Source of the DNA: Archaeoglobus sp.
GTDB lineage: Archaea > Halobacteriota > Archaeoglobi > Archaeoglobales > Archaeoglobaceae
DNA length: 64,000 nucleotides
Direction: 5' to 3'
Assembly: GCF_017656475.1 (NCBI RefSeq)
Contig: NZ_JACDNT010000002.1
Location: 33,160 to 97,159 of the forward strand
Of the stretch, positions 30,972 to 41,176 are shown piece after piece. The notes under the pieces are model-generated. The model saw only the letters and a list, made by a program, of their open reading frames with translations. It was not told where the DNA came from and did no database searches. The first letter of the stretch is position 1, and every line of letters begins with the position of its first letter. Position numbers and translations under genes: made by a program.

Positions 30972-32420
30972 TCAAACGTCAAAGTACTTCATGAACTCCC
31001 AGGGCGTTATGTACAGACAGTACTGGTTCCATTCATCAATTTTGAGCTCCATGAATGCATCCAAGATGTGCGAGCCGAGAACCTCGTGCATCACCTCATC
31101 GCTCGCCAGATGGTCTATCGCATCCCTCAGCGTTGTTGGAAGTTCACCAACACCCAGCTCCCTCTTCTGGGCTGGTGTTAGCTCGTAAACGTCCTCAAGC
31201 AGTGGATCGCCGGGATCGATCTTTTTCTTTATGCCATCCAGACCGGCAGCGAGCTGGGCGGTGATTGCAAGATACGGATTGCAGCTCGGATCAACGCCCC
31301 TGTACTCCACTCTTATTGCCGAAGGCTTTTTGACATACATTGGAACTCTAACAAGGGCAGACCTGTTCCTCAGACTCCAGCAGATATAAATGGGAGCCTC
31401 AAACCCTGGAACTAATCTCTTGTAGCTGTTAACCGTTGGGGCGCAGAGAGCAGTTAGAGCCTTGGCGTGCTCAAGCAGCCCTCCTATGTAGTACCTCGCC
31501 TTCTGGCTAAGCATGTACTCATCGTCTGGATCGGCAAATATTGCATCACCGCTGAATGGCTCCCCCTTCCACAGGCTTTGATGCGTATGCATCCCGCTGG
31601 CATTGTCTAAATAGAGGGGCTTGGGCATGAATGTTGCATATAGGCCATGCATTGCCGCAACATTCTTTGCTGCAAACTTGTAGAGGTAGAAGGCATCTCC
31701 AACTTCAACGAGTTGTTTTGGCTTGAAGTTCAGCTCCACCTGACCGGCAGTCGCAACCTCGTGGTGGTGGTACTCAACCTCAACACCCAACTTTTCAAGG
31801 TAGTATGAAAGTTCGTTTCTGTACTCAACTGTTGTATCCTCAGGTGGAGGCCTGAAGTAGCCCTCCTTGGGCCTTATCGTATAACCACTCTCAACTTCCG
31901 GGCTGATTGGCATGACTCTCGGCGGCCCCCAGCTGTCACCAGCACCACCATTCGGCGAGACCCACATGTCCCAGCTCAGGCGGGTGAAATCAACCCCTTC
32001 AAAAACGAAGAACTCGATTTCGGGGCCGAAGATTGCCGACATTCCCTCAGCTTTAAGCATATCCTCATATCTCTTCGCCACATAACCGCGAGGATCGCAA
32101 TCGGCAATCTCATTCCCCCAGGCCTCGTAAACGTTCCCGAACATTATCGCCGACTTCTGAATCGGATCATCAGTCCACGGTATTACCTTCAGCGTCGATG
32201 CGTCCGGCATCCAGATCATGTCGCTCTTCTCTATTGTTCTGAAACCCCTGACTGAAGAACCATCAAAACCGATTCCTGTTTCAAAGGCATCTCCATCCAG
32301 AAACTCTCTTGCGGGAATCGAAAACGTCTGGAGATAACCTCTAACGTCTGTGAAAGCGCAGAGAACCTGCATAACGTTATTTTCTTTCAAAACCGATTTT
32401 ACTCTCTCAAACTCATCCAT
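30972..32420 (-). CDS. glnA: Glutamine synthetase type I
   Basis: FDGSS, GPEIEFF, HHEVA..GQ.E, FMPKP...NASGMHTHQS, NSYKRLVPGFEAP, RVEYR..DPSCNPY. Confidence 0.96.
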   Translation of the reverse strand: MDEFERVKSVLKENNVMQVLCAFTDVRGYLQTFSIPAREFLDGDAFETGIGFDGSSVRGFRTIEKSDMIWMPDASTLKVIPWTDDPIQKSAIMFGNVYEAWGNEIADCDPRGYVAKRYEDMLKAEGMSAIFGPEIEFFVFEGVDFTRLSWDMWVSPNGGAGDSWGPPRVMPISPEVESGYTIRPKEGYFRPPPEDTTVEYRNELSYYLEKLGVEVEYHHHEVATAGQVELNFKPKQLVEVGDAFYLYKFAAKNVAAMHGLYATFMPKPLYLDNASGMHTHQSLWKGEPFSGDAIFADPDDEYMLSQKARYYIGGLLEHAKALTALCAPTVNSYKRLVPGFEAPIYICWSLRNRSALVRVPMYVKKPSAIRVEYRGVDPSCNPYLAITAQLAAGLDGIKKKIDPGDPLLEDVYELTPAQKRELGVGELPTTLRDAIDHLASDEVMHEVLGSHILDAFMELKIDEWNQYCLYITPWEFMKYFDV

Positions 32421-32661
32421 TTAATCACCTTTAAGCCCTTTTTTGCTTCAAGATATATATTTTTTTGCATTATCACTTTCTCAGTCAAGAATTCTTAAAT
32501 ATAAGCCAGAAATATTAAGGAATTTTCAATCTCCTCTCTGTCCTACATACGTGCTAATACTAACATATACAAATAACACATAGATACACGTATTAATAGG
32601 GTAAAATTTAAATACACTTGGTGTTGAAGGGCAAAGCCGGAAGTAAAAAGGAGGTGGTGAG

Positions 32662-34248
32662 ATGGGAAATTTAAGGACACCGAATGCAGATGAGGCGACA
32701 GGAACATTTAACCGCTCCAGGAGCGTTGTTCCATTCTCTGGACTTTGTTCAAGGTGCATTGACGGGTGCAGAGGAGGGTGTGAGGCTTGGCTCGCATCTT
32801 TCAGAGGGAGAGAAGTACTTTATCCCCAGGATTTTGGATACGTGACGGCCGGAGCAGATAAGGAGTATCCTGTTGACTACTCACATCTGAACATACAGGG
32901 ATATGCAAGAGGTGCGAAGGGTCTTGAGGGTGATATTGGCCCTGACGAAGCAATTTTCACGAATGTTGACACAACCACAGAATACGGATGGGATAAGAAG
33001 GTCAAGATGAGGCTTCCAATTTTCACGGGAGCTCTGGGTTCAACCGACATTGCAAGGAGAAACTGGGAGCACTTTGCAGTAGGTGCAGCAATTTCTGGTA
33101 TTACGATCGTCTGCGGTGAAAACGTCTGTGGTGTAGACCCCGAACTTGAGCTTGACTCTGAAGGGAAGGTGAAGAGATCACCGGAAATGGATAGAAGAGT
33201 GGAGATTTACAGGAAATTCTACGAAGGGTACGGTGAGCTGATAGTTCAGGCGAACGTTGAGGACACAAGACTCGGTGTTCCTGAATATCTCGCAAGCAAG
33301 CATGAGCTGGAGACCATAGAACTGAAGTGGGGGCAGGGAGCGAAGAGCATAGGTGGAGAGATAAAGGTAAAGTCTTTGGAGAGAGCTCTTGAACTGAAGA
33401 GGAGGGGCTACATAGTCCTGCCCGATCCCGAAGATCCCGCAGTTCAAAGGGCTTTTAAGGAAGGGGAAATTAAGGAGTTCGAGAGGCATTCAAGACTTGG
33501 GTTTGTGAGCAGGGAGTCCTTCCTTGAAGAGGTTGACAGGCTGAGAAGCATTGGCTTCAAGAGAATAACGCTGAAAACCGGTGCATACTCAGCAGTTGAT
33601 TTAGCCCTCGCACTTAGGCTTGGATCGGAGGCAAAGCTGGACTTGGTAACCATAGACGGTGCAGGAGGAGGGACGGGAATGAGCCCATGGCCGATGATGA
33701 ACGAATGGGGAATACCGACCTTCTACCTTGAATCCCTTACCTACCAATTCTGCAGGAAGCTGGACAAGAGAGGATTTAGAGTTCCCGACATTGCCATTGC
33801 TGGAGGATTCTCGACCGAAGATGGAATATTCAAGGCAATCGCAATGGGTGCTCCCTACGTGAAAGCAGTGTGTATGGGCAGGGCATTGATGATACCCGGC
33901 ATGGTGGGTAAGAACATTGAGAAGTGGTTGAAGGAAGGAAATCTGCCAAAGAACGTTGCCAAATACGGAAATAGCTTGGAGGAGATATTCGTAACCTATG
34001 AAGAGCTGAAAGAAAAATACGGAAGCAGAATAAAGGAAATTCCAGCCGGAGCTATAGCAATGTACACATTCTCTCAGAAAATAAAGGTTGGACTGCAGCA
34101 GCTGATGGCGGGCAGCAGAAACTTCAAGCTTTCAACGATATCCAGAAACGACTTAATTGCTTTGACAGAAGAAGCAGCAAAGGTTTCCGGCATCCCATAC
34201 GTTATGGATGCTTACAGGGAGGAGGCAGAGAGGATCTTGGAGGAGTGA
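32662..34248 (+). CDS. Stand-alone FMN-binding glutamate synthase family protein
   Basis: IELKWGQGAKSIGG, TIDGAGGGTG.SP, EWGIPT, AGG; N-terminal CxxCxxxCxxxC; GGAGGTG SD. Confidence 0.85.
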   Translation: MGNLRTPNADEATGTFNRSRSVVPFSGLCSRCIDGCRGGCEAWLASFRGREVLYPQDFGYVTAGADKEYPVDYSHLNIQGYARGAKGLEGDIGPDEAIFTNVDTTTEYGWDKKVKMRLPIFTGALGSTDIARRNWEHFAVGAAISGITIVCGENVCGVDPELELDSEGKVKRSPEMDRRVEIYRKFYEGYGELIVQANVEDTRLGVPEYLASKHELETIELKWGQGAKSIGGEIKVKSLERALELKRRGYIVLPDPEDPAVQRAFKEGEIKEFERHSRLGFVSRESFLEEVDRLRSIGFKRITLKTGAYSAVDLALALRLGSEAKLDLVTIDGAGGGTGMSPWPMMNEWGIPTFYLESLTYQFCRKLDKRGFRVPDIAIAGGFSTEDGIFKAIAMGAPYVKAVCMGRALMIPGMVGKNIEKWLKEGNLPKNVAKYGNSLEEIFVTYEELKEKYGSRIKEIPAGAIAMYTFSQKIKVGLQQLMAGSRNFKLSTISRNDLIALTEEAAKVSGIPYVMDAYREEAERILEE

Positions 34249-34418
34249 GGGAATCTATTCGAGAGTCTCTAATCTTTTTTAATTTTATTTAGTAATAAAA
34301 TTATCACACAGTTTTCTCGAAAATTGCATAATTACAGCAATGCAAGGATGAGTAAACCAATGGATGATTTAGAGTTATCCTTGTCAGCTCAATCTCGGAG
34401 GGAGAACTTAGACAAAAA

Positions 34419-35498
34419 TTAAATTTTAGTTCCCGCCTTGAGCAGGTCTTCAGCTATCAGCCTGACAGTGTCCTCAACAACGCCGTCCTCGTATATGTCC
34501 TCTCCATCCAGCACAGCCTTGACCATCCTGCCAATTCTTGTGCCGAAATCAATTTCGACCTTCTGGCTTCCATAGTAGTACTTCAGAATCAGCTTTTTGA
34601 GGATGACGGCGTCTTCTCTTAACTCTGAATCTGACTCAATGACTTTGTCCAGGCAGTGCATGAAGTTCACAGACTGAAAGCCGAAATTTCTGTACGCCAT
34701 GAAGCCAAGACATGCCGCCTCCATGTAGTGCTGTGCAAAATCTTCTCCCCTCTCCTCTGCTCTCCTTGCCTTGAAGTAAGCTATCTTCGCCTTTAGATCT
34801 ATCGGAAGCTCTCCAAAGCTCTCAAGCCGCTCCATAACCCTTTTCAGCTCACTTTCATCCAAATACGGCAGAAGGTTCTGCAGAACCGCGGCTATGCTCA
34901 AGTCCTCTCCAACCTGCTCTAAAGCATCAAGGGCCATTTTCAGCAGCATCTCCGCCTCTCTCTTTCTCCCTCCCCTCTGATAAACCACGGCAAGATTGTT
35001 CAGAAGCATCCCCATCATTCTAACGTCTCCCTTCTCCTTTGCCATGTTGAACGCTTCAATCAGAGCTTTCTCAGCATGCTCTTTCATATCCAGCTTTGCA
35101 TACATTGTTCCAAGGGCAGTCAAAATCGCCAGCTTCTGGTCGTTTTTTACATCTCCGAGAAGTTTCAGGGCATCCGTGTAGGCCTTCTCAGCCTCAGCGT
35201 ACTTTCGAGAAATCTGGTAAAGATTGCCGAGATTGTATAGGCAACCAATCACGTACGGCAGAAAGCTCTCATCCTCCTCCGAAAGCTTAATGTAAAGGTT
35301 TAGAGCCTCACGGTAAGCCTCCTCAGCCTCTTTCAGCTTATGCATAGCGTAGTAAATGTTTCCTAAGGTTCCGAGAACCTTCCCCTTTTCGTGGCCATCA
35401 AGGCTCCCAGAAAGACTCTTCCCGACTTCAGCGAGTATTTCAAGCTCAGTCAAATCCTTAGCATTGTTAAATGCCTCCACAAACTCATCAGCGTTCAT
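34419..35498 (-). CDS. Tetratricopeptide-repeat protein
   Basis: Repeated LGNxY....EAE.AY..AL units; start moved to MNADEF. Confidence 0.85.
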   Translation of the reverse strand: MNADEFVEAFNNAKDLTELEILAEVGKSLSGSLDGHEKGKVLGTLGNIYYAMHKLKEAEEAYREALNLYIKLSEEDESFLPYVIGCLYNLGNLYQISRKYAEAEKAYTDALKLLGDVKNDQKLAILTALGTMYAKLDMKEHAEKALIEAFNMAKEKGDVRMMGMLLNNLAVVYQRGGRKREAEMLLKMALDALEQVGEDLSIAAVLQNLLPYLDESELKRVMERLESFGELPIDLKAKIAYFKARRAEERGEDFAQHYMEAACLGFMAYRNFGFQSVNFMHCLDKVIESDSELREDAVILKKLILKYYYGSQKVEIDFGTRIGRMVKAVLDGEDIYEDGVVEDTVRLIAEDLLKAGTKI

Positions 35499-35643
35499 TC
35501 TTCTTCCCCTTTTTGAATATTTTTTCGATTTCAGAATCCATATACCTCCTCTTGTGCTCACTCCCAAGGGCTTTTCGGTAGTCAGCCCTCAACTGCTGGG
35601 AAGCGAGCTTTTCAAGAAGCTTTTCCTTCTCTTCGTCATCCAT
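35488..35643 (-). CDS. Small charged hypothetical protein (51 aa)
   Basis: Manual translation MDDEEKEKLLEKLASQQLRADYRKALGSEHKRRYMDSEIEKIFKKGKKNER; host-like codons; stop overlaps the TPR start. Confidence 0.65.
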   Translation of the reverse strand: MDDEEKEKLLEKLASQQLRADYRKALGSEHKRRYMDSEIEKIFKKGKKNER

Positions 35644-35720
35644 GTCAATACTCTTTCTGAAGTTCATTTAAACCTATTGGAATGCCAAAGTTTTTTTACC
35701 CAGTCGTTATCTGCAAAACC

Positions 35721-37190
35721 GTGCAAGTCAAAATCCTCGACACAACACTGAGAGACGGTGAGCAAACTCCCGGAGTATCGCTGAGCGTAGAGCAGAAGGT
35801 GATGATAGCCGAGGCTCTGGACAACCTTGGAGTTGACATCATCGAGGCAGGAACAGCAATTGCCTCTGAGGGCGACTTTCAGGCAATAAAGGAAATCTCG
35901 CAGAGAGGTCTGAATGCCGAAATCTGCAGCTTTGCGAGGATAAAAAAGGAAGATATAGATGCCGCAGCAGATGCCAATGCTGACTCCATCTTCATGGTTG
36001 CTCCGTCATCAGATATTCACATCAACGCCAAGTTTCCCGGCAAGAGCAAGGAGTACGTAATCGAGAAAAGCATCGAGGCAATTGAGTACGCGAAGGAGAG
36101 GGGGCTTATAGTCGAGTTCGGTGCTGAGGATGCATCAAGGGCTGATCTAAATTTCGTCATCGAGCTGTTCAAAAGGGCTCAAGAGGCTAAGGCGGACAGA
36201 ATTACCTTTGCGGACACCGTGGGAGTACTCTCTCCCGAAAAGATGGAGGAGACCGTGAGAAAAATTAAGGCTGAGGTCAAATTGCCTCTCGCAATCCACT
36301 GTCACGATGACTTTGGACTCGCTACCGCAAACACCATATTCGGCATCAAAGCTGGAGCTGAGGAGTTCCACGGAACCGTAAACGGTCTCGGCGAGAGAGC
36401 CGGAAATGCGGCAATAGAGGAGGTTGTAATTGCCCTTGAATACCTCTACGGAATTAAAACTAAAATTAGGAAGGAGAAGCTGTACAACACGTCAAAGCTT
36501 GTAGAGAAGCTTTCAAGAGTTGTAGTTCCTCCAAATAAACCGATTGTGGGAGACAATGCCTTCACACACGAAAGTGGAATTCACACTTCAGCCCTTTTCA
36601 GGGATTTCAAGTCGTACGAGCCTATATCCCCAGAGGTTGTGGGGAGAAAAAGAGTCATCGTTCTCGGAAAGCACGCTGGAAGGGCAAGTGTTGAAGCGAT
36701 AATGAACGAGCTCGGCTACAAAGCGACTCCAGAGCAGATGAAAGAAATTCTCGCAAGAATAAAGGAGATTGGAGACAAGGGCAAGAGAGTCACGGATGCC
36801 GACGTAAGAACGATAATTGAGACGGTGCTGCAGATAAAGAGGGAGAAGAAGGTCAAGCTCGAAGACCTAGCAATCTTCAGCGGGAAAAACGTCATGCCGA
36901 TGGCAAGCGTGAAGCTCAGGATAAATGGTCAGGAGAGGATAGAGGCTGCTGTCGGTCTCGGTCCGGTTGATGCGGCGATAAACGCCATAAGAAGGGCTAT
37001 AAAGGAGTTTGCAGACATAAAGCTTGTAAGCTACCACGTGGATGCCATAACGGGCGGAACCGACGCTCTCGTTGATGTGGTTGTGCAGTTGAAGAAGGAT
37101 AATAAGATTGTGACGGCAAGAGGTGCGAGGACGGACATAATCATGGCATCGGTCGAGGCTTTCATTGAAGGTTTAAATATGCTCTTTTAA
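35721..37190 (+). CDS. 2-isopropylmalate/(R)-citramalate synthase family enzyme
   Basis: [35 protein letters not shown], LeuA-type regulatory domain GPVDA; leuA vs cimA not resolved. Confidence 0.9.
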   Translation: MQVKILDTTLRDGEQTPGVSLSVEQKVMIAEALDNLGVDIIEAGTAIASEGDFQAIKEISQRGLNAEICSFARIKKEDIDAAADANADSIFMVAPSSDIHINAKFPGKSKEYVIEKSIEAIEYAKERGLIVEFGAEDASRADLNFVIELFKRAQEAKADRITFADTVGVLSPEKMEETVRKIKAEVKLPLAIHCHDDFGLATANTIFGIKAGAEEFHGTVNGLGERAGNAAIEEVVIALEYLYGIKTKIRKEKLYNTSKLVEKLSRVVVPPNKPIVGDNAFTHESGIHTSALFRDFKSYEPISPEVVGRKRVIVLGKHAGRASVEAIMNELGYKATPEQMKEILARIKEIGDKGKRVTDADVRTIIETVLQIKREKKVKLEDLAIFSGKNVMPMASVKLRINGQERIEAAVGLGPVDAAINAIRRAIKEFADIKLVSYHVDAITGGTDALVDVVVQLKKDNKIVTARGARTDIIMASVEAFIEGLNMLF

Positions 37191-37192
37191 TT

Positions 37193-37858
37193 TTACATGA
37201 ACATCTCTCTCATTAGCTGTTCCGCACCCTCACTGTCGCCAAAGTAAAGAACCTCTCCTCCAACGAGAATACAGGTTTTATCTGACATAAGAAAAATCTC
37301 ATCAAGTTCGTCGTGAGTAACAACCACCACTCCACACTTCTTGGAAAGGTTGTAAATCATGTTTACTACCCTCACCCTCAGGTCTTTGTGAAGACCTTGA
37401 AAGGGTTCGTCGAGGAGCAGATACTTTGGTTTTGATATGAGGGCCCTTGCCAAAACCACCATCTGCCTCTCACCACCACTCAACTTTCCTGCCTTTTTTT
37501 TGGCCAGTGGTCCAAGCTCGGGAAAGATTTCCAGAGCCTCCTGAAAGTCCCCTGAAATAGACACGTTCTCCTCGACAGTCAAATTCTTTGCAACTCTCAA
37601 CCTCTCCGGTGCCAGAGTTATACCCATTTTAAACCTCTCAGAGGGCTTTAAATGTGTAATTTCCACATTATCGAGGAAAACTCTTCCCTTAGACTCCATC
37701 AAGCCCATAATGCACTTCAGCAGGGTTGACTTTCCGCTGCCGTTAGGGCCAGCAATAAGCATTATCTCTCTCCTCTCCAAATAGCAGGTAACATCCTTCA
37801 AAATCATCCTCCCGTTAAGCTCCACTCTAACTCTGTCAGCCCTCAGCAATTTTTCCAC
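37193..37858 (-). CDS. LIV-type ABC transporter ATPase (LivF-like)
   Basis: GPNGSGKST, LSGGERQM, LLLDEP. Confidence 0.88.
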   Translation of the reverse strand: MEKLLRADRVRVELNGRMILKDVTCYLERREIMLIAGPNGSGKSTLLKCIMGLMESKGRVFLDNVEITHLKPSERFKMGITLAPERLRVAKNLTVEENVSISGDFQEALEIFPELGPLAKKKAGKLSGGERQMVVLARALISKPKYLLLDEPFQGLHKDLRVRVVNMIYNLSKKCGVVVVTHDELDEIFLMSDKTCILVGGEVLYFGDSEGAEQLMREMFM

Positions 37859-38477
37859 CCCTCATCTCGTAGCTGACATCAACAATATCCCTCAGCAGCT
37901 TCATCCTGTGGGCAGTAACAATGGCATCCACACCTTCCCGCTTTATTTTTCTCAAAATCCTCCTCACCCTTTTTGCGTTCTCCACATCAAGCCCTGAGAA
38001 TGGTTCATCGAGAAGCATGAGTTTCGGCTGCGCTGCCAAGGCTCTTCCTATTTCCAGCAACCTAAGCTCACCTTGAGACAGTAAACCTGCCTTTAGATTC
38101 ACCTTATTCTTGAGACCAACAAATTCACAGATTTCCATTGCAGATTCCATCGCCTCCCTGTAGCTCACCCTCAAAATAAATGGGGTGGCCACGTTTTCAA
38201 TTACGCTCATGTTCTTGAAGGGTCTTGGAATCTGGTAGACGATTGTAATGCCCATCCTTGCTACCTCTTCAGGTGTCTTTCCTGCTATGTCCTCTCCTTC
38301 AAACAAAATTCTCCCGCAATCCGGTTTCTCAATTCCCGCAATTATCTTGAGCATCGTTGACTTTCCGCTGCCGTTTGGTCCGTAGATTCCGGCAAATCCA
38401 CTCTCAAGCTCGAAGTTTATGCCCCTCAGCACCACATTTCCGTTGTAAACCTTTGACACGTCAATAAGCTGAAGCAC
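37836..38477 (-). CDS. LIV-type ABC transporter ATPase (LivG-like)
   Basis: GPNGSGKST, YQIPRPF, LEIGRALA, LLDEP. Confidence 0.88.
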   Translation of the reverse strand: MLQLIDVSKVYNGNVVLRGINFELESGFAGIYGPNGSGKSTMLKIIAGIEKPDCGRILFEGEDIAGKTPEEVARMGITIVYQIPRPFKNMSVIENVATPFILRVSYREAMESAMEICEFVGLKNKVNLKAGLLSQGELRLLEIGRALAAQPKLMLLDEPFSGLDVENAKRVRRILRKIKREGVDAIVTAHRMKLLRDIVDVSYEMRGGKIAEG

Positions 38478-39318
38478 CCCACCACCTCTTTAGCTTGGGA
38501 GATAGCATCAGAACGGCAGCGTAGATGAGGAGATGTGTCTCCGGCAGAATTCCTGAAAAAGCTCTGGAGACGACTACAATTATGTAGCTACCGATTATTG
38601 GAGACGCCCACCTATTACCAGCGATGAGACTGGCAACGAAGGGTAGAAGTACAATCTCAACGGAAAAAATTTCAGGGGAGACGTGGCCGAAATACAGAAG
38701 ATAGCACACACCGGCAACTGTTGCAGTAAAAACTGATATTGCAAAGCTTACGATTCTAATTTTGAAAGCATTAATACCAATGCTTCTCGCGGCGAATTCA
38801 TCATCTCTCACAGCCTCAATTTTAAGTCCAAGCCCTGACTTTCTGATGAGAGCAAAGGATGTGAAGAAGAGCAGCAACATCGAAGAAGACAGCAGGTAGC
38901 TCTCCCATAATCCAATCGATAGGAATGAGAAGCCCTCCTCCCCACCAACAACTCCACCGTTTACACTGAGAGTTATGTAATGCGAAAAATACCAGAATAC
39001 AATTGCGGTGATGAAGGACGTGAAGACGAACTTCTCTCTCCCGGAAAGGGATAGGGCTGTGAACAGGAGAAGTGACAGCAAAAAAGCCGGAATGATGAGA
39101 ACTGGATTGATTGCCAGAGCATATGCAGCAATGCCGAAGGGTATTGAGTGAACAAGGCTCGTCCATCCAGCCTCTTTTTCCATGAAAAACCAAGATAGTG
39201 ACAGGATAGAGTAAACGACGGCCATCGTTGCAACTGAAACGATAAAACTGCTCCTGAGTAGTAGGGGTAGCAGGAGTAATGCTAAGATAATTGCAAAATC
39301 TTTCTTCAAAGCAGCCAC
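38461..39318 (-). CDS. LIV-type ABC permease (LivM-like)
   Basis: Hydrophobic; GGEEG, AVRDDEFAARSIGIN. Confidence 0.85.
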   Translation of the reverse strand: MAALKKDFAIILALLLLPLLLRSSFIVSVATMAVVYSILSLSWFFMEKEAGWTSLVHSIPFGIAAYALAINPVLIIPAFLLSLLLFTALSLSGREKFVFTSFITAIVFWYFSHYITLSVNGGVVGGEEGFSFLSIGLWESYLLSSSMLLLFFTSFALIRKSGLGLKIEAVRDDEFAARSIGINAFKIRIVSFAISVFTATVAGVCYLLYFGHVSPEIFSVEIVLLPFVASLIAGNRWASPIIGSYIIVVVSRAFSGILPETHLLIYAAVLMLSPKLKRWWGASAY

Positions 39319-40037
39319 CTCAGTACTGCGGTGTATGCTATGGCTATTGGAATCGTGAGGCCGTACTTCCTCAACCCTGCATTACCCGCTAACGCAGCAA
39401 TTGCGGCGATTATCACCGCTATGACCATACTGCTCCAACCCATCGAAGGGAATAGGGATTGAGTTGGAGCCAAAACTGCTCCAGAAAGACAGATGAAGCT
39501 GGACGAAATTGAAATTGTTAGAAATCTGATTCTCGATGTGTCAACTCCGTACATCTCTGCCAGCTCCCAGTCATCCTCTACAAACTTTAATTCAAATCCC
39601 CTTCTCGAAAGGGGAATTGCTGCGAATGCTAGGAATAGGAGGACAATCATCGCCCCATTCAACATCTCATGAATGCTCACGACTTCCCCAAACAATTCTA
39701 CATAGTTAGTTTCCATTACTTGGTAGTAAGAGGTTCTGTAGAGAAATCTCAGAGACTCCTCGATTGCTATGGAAAAACCGAGTGATATGATGGTAGCTTC
39801 CGCAACTGATAACTTCCTTGTTGCAGCTGACACTATCGCCCCCATGATTCCTCCAAAAATGAGGGCAAGCAGCAGTGCAGAGGTTGGGTTAAAGCTGAAA
39901 TAAATATAGGCCCCGAGAGTGAAGATGGATGCAAAGGAGAGGTTCAGCAGTCTGCCAATTTTGTAGTTCAGAATTACAGCAGAGGCGAAAAAAGATAAAA
40001 AAATTGCTGTTAAAAGTGCCGAAATCATTTCATCCAC
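39306..40037 (-). CDS. LIV-type ABC permease (LivH-like)
   Basis: Hydrophobic; LLNLSF, DDWELAEMYGVD. Confidence 0.8.
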   Translation of the reverse strand: MDEMISALLTAIFLSFFASAVILNYKIGRLLNLSFASIFTLGAYIYFSFNPTSALLLALIFGGIMGAIVSAATRKLSVAEATIISLGFSIAIEESLRFLYRTSYYQVMETNYVELFGEVVSIHEMLNGAMIVLLFLAFAAIPLSRRGFELKFVEDDWELAEMYGVDTSRIRFLTISISSSFICLSGAVLAPTQSLFPSMGWSSMVIAVIIAAIAALAGNAGLRKYGLTIPIAIAYTAVLRWLL

Positions 40038-41176
40038 AGAACCTGGGACGTTGCAAATTCAGGTGGATAAAGAACCTTCACTTCTCCTCCGACGAACTCA
40101 CCAATGACACCTTTGAGCTCATCGCTTCCCCACAAAGCTTGATGCAAGTCATTGAACCTGTAAATTCCTGCCGCACCCTCGAATTTTCCGGACAGGAGAG
40201 TTTCAATGAGTTTATCTTTACCCCCCTTCTTGTAGGCTTGGGATAGTATGATAATCGAGTCGTAGGTTAGCAGGCCAGCGTAGTTGTTTGCGTCCTCTCC
40301 ATACTTCTCTCTGTAATCCTCGAAGTATTTCTTGGTCATGTCCGTCTTCTCAGTCACTTCCAGTGCAGCAGCCTGAAATACTGTATATTCAGCGTTAATC
40401 TTTTTCAGTGTTGATGGTAATGCGAGAGCACCACCCACTGAATAAACCAACCCCTTACCACCGTTTGCTCTGTATTCCTTAAGGAAGTTTATCGAAATTC
40501 CACCCGGATCACCGAGAATGATGACATCTCTGTCTCCAGCCATCCCCGCAATTTCTCTGGCCACCTTTTTGTAATCATCTGGAGAGACGCTCGGAGACTT
40601 GTAGTAAACCTCCACCTCCGGATCACCGTAGAGAGACTTGATTGATTTGAGCATCCCCTGATTGAAGGTCTTTAAGGGGTCGTATCCCACGAAGTAGTAT
40701 TTCTCAGGCTTTGCAAGCTTCAGAAATTCTCCAGCCAGCGCACCCCAGTAGGTGGTGTTGTAAGCAACCCTGAAAACATAATTGTTGCCCTCAGCGACCT
40801 TTTTCTCTATTGCTTCGGTAGAAGCAACGCTGACGAGGTAAACAACCTTGCTCTCTCCTGCAGCATCCGCCACAACCATCGACTGCGGGCTTGAGTATGC
40901 GCCGACAACAGCATCAACATTCTGGGAGACGAGATATTCGAAGGCCGTTTTCGCCTTCTCAGGTGTGTCACCACAATCAGCAAAGACCAGCTCTACATTT
41001 CCTGCATGTTCTGCAGCAAGCTCGGCAGCATTCTTCATTGCAACTCCGGCTGTTGAGTAAAGTCCGGTTTCAGGAACAAGAACGCCTATCTTTATTATCT
41101 CCCCACTCTGCTCCGCAGGTTGAGCGCATCCAAGCAGAATTAATGCTAAAAAAATGGCAAAAAATCTCCACTTCAC
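40025..41176 (-). CDS. LIV-type ABC substrate-binding lipoprotein
   Basis: LLGC lipobox, IKIGVLVPETG, VVGAYSS, YVFR. Confidence 0.88.
   Translation of the reverse strand: MKWRFFAIFLALILLGCAQPAEQSGEIIKIGVLVPETGLYSTAGVAMKNAAELAAEHAGNVELVFADCGDTPEKAKTAFEYLVSQNVDAVVGAYSSPQSMVVADAAGESKVVYLVSVASTEAIEKKVAEGNNYVFRVAYNTTYWGALAGEFLKLAKPEKYYFVGYDPLKTFNQGMLKSIKSLYGDPEVEVYYKSPSVSPDDYKKVAREIAGMAGDRDVIILGDPGGISINFLKEYRANGGKGLVYSVGGALALPSTLKKINAEYTVFQAAALEVTEKTDMTKKYFEDYREKYGEDANNYAGLLTYDSIIILSQAYKKGGKDKLIETLLSGKFEGAAGIYRFNDLHQALWGSDELKGVIGEFVGGEVKVLYPPEFATSQVLWMK

Noticed and set aside
30821-30993. Plus-strand frame MKGDIVTIDCY*EQVEVK... with in-frame TGA (selenoprotein or pseudogene)
   Set aside because: No recognisable family or SECIS; it overlaps the glnA 3' end and the promoter region
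32421-32661. NrpR operator at the glnA/glutamate synthase promoters
   Set aside because: No GGAA-N6-TTCC found
34343-34383. CAAGGAT/ATCCTTG inverted repeat between convergent genes
   Set aside because: Only 7 bp with a poorly paired interior
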